Source of the DNA: Alphaproteobacteria bacterium
GTDB lineage: Bacteria; Pseudomonadota; Alphaproteobacteria; Rickettsiales; 21-14-0-20-44-7
DNA length: 24,000 nt
Direction: 5' to 3'
Assembly (NCBI GenBank): GCA_043757405.1
Contig: JAYVPI010000005.1
Span: forward strand, 76,529 to 100,528
Shown: piece after piece, positions 15,409-23,787 of the stretch
Layout of the letters: each line of letters opens with the position of its first letter
How positions within the stretch are numbered: position 1 is the first letter of the stretch
Position numbers and translations under genes: made by a program
Notes under the pieces: model-generated
The model's input: the letters and a program-made list of their open reading frames with translations, nothing else
What the model was told of the DNA's origin: nothing
Databases searched by the model: none

Positions 15409-16251
15409 TTAAGCAGCTAGCTGCTGCTTCTTCGCATTGTAGCTAATATATTTCCAGCCCATATAATTCACGGCTTTGTTAAGGCGCGTATGCGGCTTCA
15501 AGCCGATCGCCTTGAACATCATCGCGATCATTTTTTCGTTATGCTCTTTCTTATAGACATTATGCACTTGTGAAAAACACAGTTTCATGAATTTTTTACG
15601 GTCATATTGGTCATACTTATCTTGATGCGTAACAAAATAAGCATAAGCAACTTCATCGTCCTCACTCTCGCCAACACGGCCAAGCGCAACCATTATGCGC
15701 TTGAGGAAACCTATATTTTCCTTGGTTAAGTAAATTTTCAAACGTGAATAAAACAATTTGTAATGGCGAAGTTCATCACCGGCAATCCGCGTGCAGATAT
15801 CGCGGAAGACCGGCTCGTCGGTATAATCTTTAAGCATTGTGTAATATGTGCTGGTTCCCGCTTCGACAATACAGCGTGCGATCAATTCACCGGATTTGGA
15901 GCCGCGCACTGAGACATCCACATTTTCCGGCAACTTATAACCTTCCTTGAAAAGCTTGAAACTTTTCTCAAAATCAAATTTCGGATCCGCCATTTCCGCC
16001 CATTTGCGCAAAGCCCGCCCGTGCTGAACTTCTTCCTCCGCCCATTGGTCGGCGAGTGCATGAAATTCGATATCGTCATGGAAAACTTCCTTCAAATAAC
16101 GGCCATAATCATAGCTGTTATGCTCAACAACGGATGCCGCCTTGGCCAATGATATGATCTCTGGCTTTAGTTTGGAACTGTCGAACTTATCCCATTCGAT
16201 ATCGTCTAATGACCAGTGTTTCATAGCGAGCATATCTTTAGCACAACCCAT
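15409..16251 (-). CDS. ferritin-like di-iron carboxylate protein (acyl-ACP desaturase / AurF-like)
   Basis: 280 aa with two ExxH motifs in the expected contexts: WAEEEVQHG (compare desaturase W-x-x-EE-x-x-HG) and IAGDELRHY (compare IAxDExRH). The start may be one of the downstream Met codons (MLAMKHW). Confidence 0.72.
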   Translation of the reverse strand: MGCAKDMLAMKHWSLDDIEWDKFDSSKLKPEIISLAKAASVVEHNSYDYGRYLKEVFHDDIEFHALADQWAEEEVQHGRALRKWAEMADPKFDFEKSFKLFKEGYKLPENVDVSVRGSKSGELIARCIVEAGTSTYYTMLKDYTDEPVFRDICTRIAGDELRHYKLFYSRLKIYLTKENIGFLKRIMVALGRVGESEDDEVAYAYFVTHQDKYDQYDRKKFMKLCFSQVHNVYKKEHNEKMIAMMFKAIGLKPHTRLNKAVNYMGWKYISYNAKKQQLAA

Positions 16252-16328
16252 ATTATTTGGAATAAAAAATCTATACCATAGGCCATCTTATTGATTTCTA
16301 TGCGGTTCAGGAAATATTAACCCTTATA

Positions 16329-18005
16329 ATGGACAATGGGGGCGTAAAAATTATGGGCGCAAGTATAACATTATTAAACTTGGCAGGCAGCGTGGCCTTG
16401 CTTCTCTGGGGTCTGTATATGATCCAGAGCGGCATCATGCGTGCTTACGGTACGGAAATCCGCCGCTTCCTCGGTGTTGCCCTGCGTAACCGCCTCAAAG
16501 CCTTCTTCGCCGGTTTATTCGCGACAATGTGCCTCCAATCATCAACCGCCACAGGGTTGATGGTCACATCCTTCACCTCCTCGCGCCTAGTCGGGCTGGT
16601 TCCCGCATTGGCATTGATGCTCGGCGCCAATGTCGGTAGTACTATCATCGTTCAGTTACTTTCATTTGATATCAAACAAATGGCGCCATTCGTTGTGCTT
16701 GTCGGCGTTGTCCTCTTCAAGAAAAGCTCACGCACCCATATCCGCGATTTCGCCCGCGCCGTGATCGGCCTTGGCTTGATGTTGTTTGCGCTTCAGCACA
16801 CTGTAGCATTGCTGAAACCGGCGGAAGATTCTGAAAGTATAAAATTATTACTCAGCTCCATCGCCCAGGATCACATTCTTGATATGTTATTTGGTGCGAT
16901 CCTCACCTGGGCCATGCATTCAAGTATCGCGGTTGTGCTAGTATCAATATCATTCGCCACCCAAGGTTTGATCCCGATCGACGTTGCCTTTGCATTAGTG
17001 CTCGGTGCCAATTTGGGCAGCGCGATCAACCCGCTGATCGAAAGCAACTCCAACGGCAACCCGGCCTCGCATCGCCTGCCATTTGGCAATCTCATCAACC
17101 GCGCTACCGGCTGCCTCATCTTCATCCCGCTTCTTGATTTCACTGATAAACTGCCTGCGGAATATAAAACGGATCTCCCACGCGCAATTGCCGGCTTCCA
17201 TACATTATTCAACGTCACAATGGCGCTGATCTTCCTGCCCCTACTGCCGTCACTGGCCAAACTTTTACAGCGCGTGCTGCCTGATAAAGTCTCCACCATC
17301 GATCTTTCCGAGCCCCTATATCTTGATCCGCGCGCGGTGGAAACCCCGGGCCTGGCCATCTCCAATTCCGCGCGTGAAACCTTGCGCATGGCCGATCTGG
17401 CAGAGAAAATGCTGCAAAACGTAATGCAATTATTCGCCACTGGTGACCGCAAAAAGCTCGGTGAGATCAGCAAGATGGATGATGTGATGGACAAGCTGAA
17501 CCGCCAGATCAAAGTTTATGTCACCGGGCTTAAAATGGATAATTTGAGTGAAGCCGATATCAAACGCGCCAGCGAAGTGATGAGCTTTGCCACAAATCTT
17601 GAACATATTGGTGACGTTATCAGCACGGATTTAGTAAAAATCGGCGCCAAGAAAATTGAGCGCAAAGCGATGTTTTCCAACGAAGGTTGGGGCGAGTTGC
17701 GTGCGATGATGGAACGCGTCACCGCCAATGTGCGCCTGGCATCCTCCGTATTCATGACCCGCGAACTCCGCTCCGCCAAACAATTAATGGCCGAAAAAAG
17801 CAACATGCGCGATATGGAAACCGAAGCTACCGAAATGCACTTTAAACGCCTGCGTGAGGGCAGGGCGGAAAGCATCGAAACTAGCACGTTACACCTCGAC
17901 ATCGTCCGTGATTTGAAACGCATCAACTCGCACCTGACAGCCACTGCAGTTTATGTATTACAGGAACACGGCGCATTATTGCCAAGCCGGATGAAGGAAG
18001 AATAG
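16329..18005 (+). CDS. Na/Pi cotransporter family protein with a C-terminal PhoU-like domain
   Basis: 558 aa. It has the duplicated Na_Pi_cotrans pattern (LLWGLYMIQSGIMRAYG .. QSSTATGLMV .. GANVGST, and GANLGSAINPL). The C-terminal helical part has PhoU-like repeats (ATNLEHIGDVI, DIVRDLKRINSHL). Alternative start at ATG 16353. Confidence 0.9.
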   Translation: MDNGGVKIMGASITLLNLAGSVALLLWGLYMIQSGIMRAYGTEIRRFLGVALRNRLKAFFAGLFATMCLQSSTATGLMVTSFTSSRLVGLVPALALMLGANVGSTIIVQLLSFDIKQMAPFVVLVGVVLFKKSSRTHIRDFARAVIGLGLMLFALQHTVALLKPAEDSESIKLLLSSIAQDHILDMLFGAILTWAMHSSIAVVLVSISFATQGLIPIDVAFALVLGANLGSAINPLIESNSNGNPASHRLPFGNLINRATGCLIFIPLLDFTDKLPAEYKTDLPRAIAGFHTLFNVTMALIFLPLLPSLAKLLQRVLPDKVSTIDLSEPLYLDPRAVETPGLAISNSARETLRMADLAEKMLQNVMQLFATGDRKKLGEISKMDDVMDKLNRQIKVYVTGLKMDNLSEADIKRASEVMSFATNLEHIGDVISTDLVKIGAKKIERKAMFSNEGWGELRAMMERVTANVRLASSVFMTRELRSAKQLMAEKSNMRDMETEATEMHFKRLREGRAESIETSTLHLDIVRDLKRINSHLTATAVYVLQEHGALLPSRMKEE

Positions 18006-18023
18006 GCGATATTTTCAAACGTC

Positions 18024-18497
18024 CTAACCGCGCACCGCCGCTTCAATTTTAGCGACATCAATTTTTTGCATATCCATCATTGCCTCGAACGCCCGCTTTG
18101 CTACGCCGCCGCCTTTTGCCATCGCATCAGTCAGGACGCGGGGTGTGATTTGCCATGACAGGCCCCATTTATCCTTGCACCAGCCGCACTGGCTTTCCAC
18201 GCCGCCATTGCCGACAATCGCGTTCCAATATCGGTCAGTCTCTGCCTGGTCGTCGGTGGCAATTTGAAATGAGAACGCCTCGCTGTGCTTGAATGCATCC
18301 CCGCCGTTGAGGCCGATACACGGCACGCCGCACACTGTGAATTCAACTGTTATAACATCCCCCGCCTTGCCGCTTGGGTAGTCGGATGGCGCGCGGTGTA
18401 CAGCGCCGACCTTACTGTCGGGAAAAGTTTTGGCATAAAAATTCGCCGCTTCTTCCGCGTCATGATTATACCACAGGCAGAGTGTATTTTTTTTCAT
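18024..18497 (-). CDS. VOC-superfamily protein, PhnB / 3-demethylubiquinone-9 3-methyltransferase-domain type
   Basis: 157 aa, reading LWYNHDAEEAANFYAKTFPDS..VEFTVCGVPCIGLNGG..FSFQIATDDQAETDRYWNAI..QCGWCKDKWGLSWQI. This is the typical PF06983-like pattern. Confidence 0.85.
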   Translation of the reverse strand: MKKNTLCLWYNHDAEEAANFYAKTFPDSKVGAVHRAPSDYPSGKAGDVITVEFTVCGVPCIGLNGGDAFKHSEAFSFQIATDDQAETDRYWNAIVGNGGVESQCGWCKDKWGLSWQITPRVLTDAMAKGGGVAKRAFEAMMDMQKIDVAKIEAAVRG

Positions 18498-18523
18498 TGT
18501 CGCTTTCCTTTAATCGAGTTTTG

Positions 18524-18898
18524 TTACTGGAAATCCGCCATCTCTAATATCGGCCTGATTTCGATTTCACTTGGCCCCGGCATGGGATTTGGGCAGCGCT
18601 TCACCCATGCAACGGCCTCATCCATATCCTTAACTTCCCAAAACCAGTATCCCGCGACCAACTCACGAGGATGCGCAAAAGGCCCGTCGATAACCGTACG
18701 GCCCGCACCATCAAACGCAACACGCTTACCCGCGGATGAAGGCTTAAGCCCGTCACAATCCCCATCTTTCATAATGCCGGCCTTAACCAACTCGTCATTA
18801 AATCGCCCCATTGCCTCTATCAACTCCTTCATCTCAGGGGTCATAACAAAGCCTTTCTCACTACTTTCAGTAGCCTTCACCAGAACCATCACACGCAT
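18524..18898 (-). CDS. YciI-like (YCII-related, DGPF motif) protein
   Basis: 124 aa, reading MRVMVLVKATE..FNDELVKAGIM..GRTVIDGPFAHPRELVAGYWFWEVKDMDEAVAWVKRCP. SD AAGGAG lies upstream. Confidence 0.85.
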   Translation of the reverse strand: MRVMVLVKATESSEKGFVMTPEMKELIEAMGRFNDELVKAGIMKDGDCDGLKPSSAGKRVAFDGAGRTVIDGPFAHPRELVAGYWFWEVKDMDEAVAWVKRCPNPMPGPSEIEIRPILEMADFQ

Positions 18899-19190
18899 TG
18901 CTTTTCTCCTTGCTTTTCATTTTTGCAAATTTGCTATCCACGCATTATTTACCGAGAAATATCAATAAACAATATCCAACTGCTACAGGGTTATAAAAAC
19001 TAATTCCGAAATAGTGCCCTACGGAAGAGAGGTTGGCTAAGCAACTCATTGATAAAGATAGTCTTTAAATTTACGCTTTCAAATTATGCTGACGTTCACG
19101 CTGGCGGATTTCGCGGTTGTAGGCGATAGCGTACGGAATGCGTGCAAAGAAGAACTGAATTCTAGTTAATTGCATTCATAGCACTGCTTC

Positions 19191-19967
19191 TTATCCGCGG
19201 CCTTGTCTATTCATGATCCGCTCCGCTTCCCGCATCATTTCCCTGATCTGATTTTTTGCTTCCGGATGAGCAGCTTGAAGTGTTTTTATGCCTTCAGTTG
19301 CTACTTCTTGACCATGTGCTTCCTTTATACGTAACAAGGTGCAGGATAATATAAAACCACCTATTCCTTCAAAATCCCATGGTTGTTCAGCCAGAAAATC
19401 AAAGGCTGCTTGCGGATGCTCTATACCAAGACCAGCGAATACTAATAAGGCGCCTTCAGGAAGCTGTTTATGCTGCTTCAACCAGAAATCCTCACTGGCG
19501 CTATAACCAAAGATATTGGCGAGTAAATTTAAAGCCCTGTATTTGGAATCTAACGGCACATCAGGCCCATCTAAAAGCGGCAGTAATTTATTTTGCAACT
19601 TTACTTTATCCTGCACGGATAAATGTTCACCTATGGATTCAGTGAAAGCGAACATCTTTTCTGCATGACCATGTCTTTGGATCGGCTGCCACTCCTCCGG
19701 TTGCCGCAGCAATTCATCGAATGAGGCGGCCACTGCATCTGCAAAACAGGTTTTTACTTCGGTGCGAAACTCTGAGAAACTATTCAGCGTCCAATCGATG
19801 ACGTTGCCAATATCAACACTACTGGCACAATAATCTCCTAAAGGATCTTGAAACTGCTCTTTCAGCCATGCTTGGACATCGCCAGCATTCATTTTGTCAA
19901 ATGCGTTAAACGGAACATCACCGATCTTAATTCCTTTCGGCTTTTGGATAGTTTCGTCTGGAGACAT
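19191..19967 (-). CDS. hypothetical 258-aa protein (apparently all-alpha, no family recognised)
   Basis: An intact ORF with a strong SD, AAGGAAGG, upstream of ATG 19967. It is AT-richer than the core genes and is flanked by ~220 bp and ~425 bp with no tracked ORF. Confidence 0.6.
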   Translation of the reverse strand: MSPDETIQKPKGIKIGDVPFNAFDKMNAGDVQAWLKEQFQDPLGDYCASSVDIGNVIDWTLNSFSEFRTEVKTCFADAVAASFDELLRQPEEWQPIQRHGHAEKMFAFTESIGEHLSVQDKVKLQNKLLPLLDGPDVPLDSKYRALNLLANIFGYSASEDFWLKQHKQLPEGALLVFAGLGIEHPQAAFDFLAEQPWDFEGIGGFILSCTLLRIKEAHGQEVATEGIKTLQAAHPEAKNQIREMMREAERIMNRQGRG

Positions 19968-19989
19968 TAGTACCTTCCTTAATAATTGG

Positions 19990-20169
19990 TTAACAATAGC
20001 TACAAATTGAAGGATTGCAAATGATAATTTGGCAGTTGCAGCATAGACCTCTTAACTTGTTGGGCTCAGTACAATTTGCCATTAGAAGGTAATCTTTTAA
20101 ATCGTTTGCCAGGCTCTCTAGCATCATGGTTAGAGATCGGCGCCAAATGCATAATCTATTCGATGTCAT
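19990..20169 (-). CDS. candidate 59-aa cysteine-rich small protein (below the ORF-track cutoff)
   Basis: Hand-translated codon by codon: MTSNRLCIWRRSLTMMLESLANDLKDYLLMANCTEPNKLRGLCCNCQIIICNPSICSYC*. There are 7 Cys in the last 18 residues. It ends 22 nt upstream of the 258-aa ORF on the same strand. No SD was seen, so coding status is uncertain. Confidence 0.3.
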   Translation of the reverse strand: MTSNRLCIWRRSLTMMLESLANDLKDYLLMANCTEPNKLRGLCCNCQIIICNPSICSYC

Positions 20170-20440
20170 GTGCTAAAACTTTAGCAAAGGAAATGTCACA
20201 AATTCTTAATAATATTAAGGCATAAGGCCTTGCTGCTACGATAGCCTTAAGATATAACCAGAATAAGTCCTTGGTGTTACGTATTTCTTTGGAAAATAAT
20301 GAGCGCACACTCGCACCGCAATCGTTGCAACTATTGCATGTAGAAAGTATAAAGCCATTAAAAATTGAAATTATGCAAAATATTGAAAGTAAGTGCTTAC
20401 GGCCATCCGATCCTATCCCGCCATCCCAATCTTAGATAAA

Positions 20441-20866
20441 ATGACCGAATCGCGCTGGATAATATTTGCTTTAGGTTCTGCCGTATTTGCGGCGGCGACG
20501 GCTATTTTTGGCAAATTGGGGGTAAATGAAATAAACTCCAATCTCGCCACATTTATTCGTACGGCGATCATCCTTATTATGGTCGCGGTTATCATTACCG
20601 TTCGCAAAGAGTGGCAGCCGGTTGGAAAAATTCCGGCATTTAGTATAATCATGCTGGCGTTTTCCGGCATTGCCACCGGCTTGTCATGGCTTTGTTATTA
20701 TCGCGCCCTGCAGCTTGGCAACGCTTCCAAAGTTGCGCCGGTTGATAAGCTTAGTGTTGCTTTGGTGATAATATTCGCTGTCATTTTTTTGGGTGAGCAA
20801 TTCACTTGGAAATTAGTCATTGGCGGCGGCGCGGTGATATTTGGCATTATAGTTTTAGCTATATAA
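20441..20866 (+). CDS. single-EamA-domain small membrane transporter
   Basis: 141 aa from ATG 20441 (the track ORF starts at GTG 20393). It has 5 hydrophobic helices and the EamA-like pattern FALGSAVFAAATAIFGKLGV .. GIATGLSWLCYYRALQLGNASKVAPVDKLSV. Confidence 0.72.
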   Translation: MTESRWIIFALGSAVFAAATAIFGKLGVNEINSNLATFIRTAIILIMVAVIITVRKEWQPVGKIPAFSIIMLAFSGIATGLSWLCYYRALQLGNASKVAPVDKLSVALVIIFAVIFLGEQFTWKLVIGGGAVIFGIIVLAI

Positions 20867-20898
20867 CAAATTCATCAGTTAATTAGGCATCTATTCTA

Positions 20899-21555
20899 AT
20901 GAAAGTTTTATTGGTGGAAGATGATATATTGTTGGGAAAAGCTTTGGAAACTGGCTTGAAACAAGCTGGCTACATGCCTGAATGGGTGCGTGATGGTGAA
21001 AGCGCCATATTATCAATTGATGCGAATAAATATAATGTTGTGCTTCTTGATATAAACTTGCCGCTACTTTCCGGTTTGCAAGTACTTAAAAAGATCAGGG
21101 CATCGGCGAAAACAATTCCAGTAATTATTATGACCGCCCGTGATTCTACAGAGGATAAAATTGAAGGCTTAGACCTTGGCGCGGATGATTACATCATAAA
21201 ACCTTTCGAATTGCCCGAATTATGGGCGCGGGTAAGAGCAGTAGTGCGACGCAGCCAAGGGCGTGCCAATTCAAATCTTATATGCCGCGATGTGGAAATT
21301 GATACCGCCGCAAAAATTGTGAAAAAGAACAATGAATGGGTAAAACTTACCCCGAAAGAATATCAGGTATTAGTTTTGTTGATGGAACATGCTGGCAAGC
21401 TTATGGGCAAAAGAGAAATTGAGGAGCATCTATATGCATGGAACCAGGAGATTGAGAGCAATACTGTAGAAGTCACGGTTTATGCTATCCGCAAGAAATT
21501 GGGCAAAGAATTGATTACTACCATGCGCGGCATTGGTTATATGGTTAGCCCATGA
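20899..21555 (+). CDS. OmpR/PhoB-family response regulator (QseB/PmrA-like)
   Basis: The receiver domain reads MKVLLVEDD .. VLLDINLP .. IIMTARD .. DDYIIKPF. The winged-helix output domain reads LTPKEYQVLVLLMEH .. VEVTVYAIRKKLG .. MRGIGYMV. Confidence 0.92.
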   Translation: MKVLLVEDDILLGKALETGLKQAGYMPEWVRDGESAILSIDANKYNVVLLDINLPLLSGLQVLKKIRASAKTIPVIIMTARDSTEDKIEGLDLGADDYIIKPFELPELWARVRAVVRRSQGRANSNLICRDVEIDTAAKIVKKNNEWVKLTPKEYQVLVLLMEHAGKLMGKREIEEHLYAWNQEIESNTVEVTVYAIRKKLGKELITTMRGIGYMVSP

Positions 21556-22922
21556 TGAATCCATCTTTGAAGATGCGGCTGCTAAAAAGCCTTATCCTCC
21601 CCATAACTATATTGGTGATGTTGCTGGGAGTGTTATGTTATTGGAGTGCCCAAGATGAGGTCGGAGAGGTCTATGATTCGCAATTAATTACTGCAGCAAA
21701 TGTTTTGGCGCTTATCAGTAAAAATAATAAATCACCCGTACATGGGATAAAAATCGATTCGCATATTGTTGATTTAGATAAAGATGATCAGCATGTATTA
21801 AACGAATACGCAAAATGGAGATCATTTAAAATTTGGCATAATGGTAAATTGGATATTTATTCAGGCAATTTGCCTAATACGGCCCCAAAACCATTAAGCA
21901 AAGGGTTCTCCGATATTACTATAGATGGCTCTAATTGGCGTGTATTTACACTTTATTTGCCTAGTGATAACACAATTGTTGAAGTATCGGAGAAACGCGA
22001 GGCCAGGGATGAGATAATTGGCAATTTGCTGTTTGGCATGTTAGTGCCATTGTTGCTGGCGTTTCCTTTCGTAATATTTTTGGTGTCGAAGGCGCTTCAA
22101 TTTGGCTTGCGCGATTTGCAAAGATTCGCTGATTTAATAAAAATTCGCTCTCCGAATGATTTATCTCAGATAGGAAAAACGGAAACGCCTAGCGAGGTAT
22201 TACCGGTAGTTGAAGCGATTAATCTGCTACTGGCCAAACTGGAGTCATCAATGGCCTATGAGCGTTTGTTTACCGATAACGCTGCCCATGAGTTACGCAT
22301 GCCTTTGGCGACATTAAATATTCAGATGCAGGTTATATTAAATGCTAGGACAGAGGCCGAGCGCAAAAGTACTGTGCTGGAACTTGCCAAAGGCGTCAAC
22401 CGCGCGTCCCATCTGCTTGACCAGTTGTTAACTTTGGCAAGGGTAAGAAATCAATCCATTAACAATGCGCCGCTAAATCTGCATGAATGCATAAAAGAAG
22501 TTATTGAGCATTTGGCGCCAATGGCAGGGAAAAAAGATATTGATCTGTCATTTTCCGGCGAGGAAAATCTTATCATAAATTCCAATAAAATCTTATTTTC
22601 GATATTGCTTAATAATTTAATTGAAAACGCAATTAAATATTCCCCGCATGATGGTAGGGTTGAAGTGGAGATTAAAAGGGAAGACAAAGAGGCTATTTTA
22701 ACGATAACAGATAATGGCCAGGGTATACCAGTTAGTGAATATGAAAACGTATTCAAACGGTTTTACCGTTTACCTGGTATTATTGAACAAGGCAGTGGGC
22801 TTGGGCTAGCGATCGTCCAACAAATATGTGAATTGATGGGTATAAAAGTGATGCTGTTTAAGCCCGAAAGTGATTCCGGGCTTGGGGTTAAGCTGGTGAT
22901 GGTTGATATTAACTGGCAATAA
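21552..22922 (+). CDS. sensor histidine kinase (QseC/PmrB-like)
   Basis: The ATG overlaps the regulator's stop (ATGA). Two TM segments bracket a ~130-aa periplasmic domain. H-box is AAHELRMPL, N-box is NLIENAIKYSP, G-boxes are DNGQGIP and GSGLGLAIV. Confidence 0.9.
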   Translation: MMNPSLKMRLLKSLILPITILVMLLGVLCYWSAQDEVGEVYDSQLITAANVLALISKNNKSPVHGIKIDSHIVDLDKDDQHVLNEYAKWRSFKIWHNGKLDIYSGNLPNTAPKPLSKGFSDITIDGSNWRVFTLYLPSDNTIVEVSEKREARDEIIGNLLFGMLVPLLLAFPFVIFLVSKALQFGLRDLQRFADLIKIRSPNDLSQIGKTETPSEVLPVVEAINLLLAKLESSMAYERLFTDNAAHELRMPLATLNIQMQVILNARTEAERKSTVLELAKGVNRASHLLDQLLTLARVRNQSINNAPLNLHECIKEVIEHLAPMAGKKDIDLSFSGEENLIINSNKILFSILLNNLIENAIKYSPHDGRVEVEIKREDKEAILTITDNGQGIPVSEYENVFKRFYRLPGIIEQGSGLGLAIVQQICELMGIKVMLFKPESDSGLGVKLVMVDINWQ

Positions 22923-22969
22923 TCTGAATTTTTCAGTTTTCCATCAGTTTGGGTTCGTAAACTAGTGTC

Positions 22970-23749
22970 ATGTCACAAAAAGAGCTTTCCAGAATCCGGC
23001 AAAATAAAGTTCCGGAAGTAACTATCGCATTCTGGATAATTAAGATTGCCGCAACGACTCTTGGTGAAACGGGAGGCGATGCCGTGTCTATGACTATGAA
23101 CCTTGGCTATTTAGTTGGCACAGCGATTTTCCTGCCGATCTTTATTATTACATTTTTGGCCCAGATACGGGCAAAATCCTTTCATCCGTTTTTGTATTGG
23201 TCAGTGATTGTTGCCACCACTACCGTAGGTACGACTATGGCAGATTTTTTCGACCGCTCGCTAGGGGTGGGATATACCGGAGGCTCATTAATTTTATTCA
23301 CCGCCTTGCTCGCAACACTTGGTTTATGGCGTTATTGCATAGGTTCGGTTTCAGTAAACAATATTATATCTCCAAAAGTCGAAACATTTTATTGGATAAC
23401 AATATTATTTTCAAACACGCTTGGCACCGCATTGGGTGATTTTTTATCAGATGCAACCACATATGGCTATGGAATTGACGTACTGTTTTTTGCTGTACCT
23501 TTAGTTTTAATAGCTGCTGCTTTTTACTTCACCAACATATCCAAAACACTGCTTTTTTGGACTGCATTTATTTTGACAAGGCCGCTCGGCGCTACTGTTG
23601 GCGACCTCCTGACAAAACCTATTGAGCATAGCGGGCTAAACCTTGACCGGATTACCTCTTCCGGGGTTATCGCATTATTTATGATTATTTTTATCCTTCT
23701 GATTCCACAGAAGGCTGGAAGCCATTCACACAAGCCACAACCAATATAA
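22970..23749 (+). CDS. polytopic membrane protein with a four-fold internal repeat (COG4705-like uncharacterised membrane-anchored protein)
   Basis: 259 aa. The N-terminus, NKVPEVTIAFWIIKIAATTLGETGGDA, matches the pattern I recall for COG4705. There are four repeats of (F/Y)W-x(7,8)-(L/V)G-x-T-x-(G/A)D. The gene starts 47 nt after the kinase gene. Confidence 0.75.
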   Translation: MSQKELSRIRQNKVPEVTIAFWIIKIAATTLGETGGDAVSMTMNLGYLVGTAIFLPIFIITFLAQIRAKSFHPFLYWSVIVATTTVGTTMADFFDRSLGVGYTGGSLILFTALLATLGLWRYCIGSVSVNNIISPKVETFYWITILFSNTLGTALGDFLSDATTYGYGIDVLFFAVPLVLIAAAFYFTNISKTLLFWTAFILTRPLGATVGDLLTKPIEHSGLNLDRITSSGVIALFMIIFILLIPQKAGSHSHKPQPI

Positions 23750-23787
23750 TTATAGAAGCTATCCAAGCGCCATTGATGCTCATCATT

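Noticed and set aside
16445-17944. Minus-strand ORFs up to 213 aa (16871-17512 and 17516-17944, among others)
   Set aside because: They are antisense to the Na/Pi cotransporter gene, with biased S/R/A composition and no start context.
18285-18968. 227-aa plus-strand ORF
   Set aside because: It spans the antisense of two separate, well-supported minus-strand genes (PhnB-like and YciI-like) and their intergenic SD region, so it is not a plausible gene.
19071-19175. 34-aa ORF downstream of the 258-aa gene, and the 40-aa ORF at 20236-20358, as annotated genes
   Set aside because: They have no SD, no recognisable family, and lengths at which chance ORFs are common in AT-rich DNA. They are mentioned in the findings but not listed as features.
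20030-20040. TGGCAGTTGCA as a sigma-54 promoter
   Set aside because: The GG and GC elements are 5 nt apart instead of the required ~10 nt (TGGCAC-N5-TTGC). The sequence is better explained as Cys/Gln codons of the minus-strand mini-ORF.
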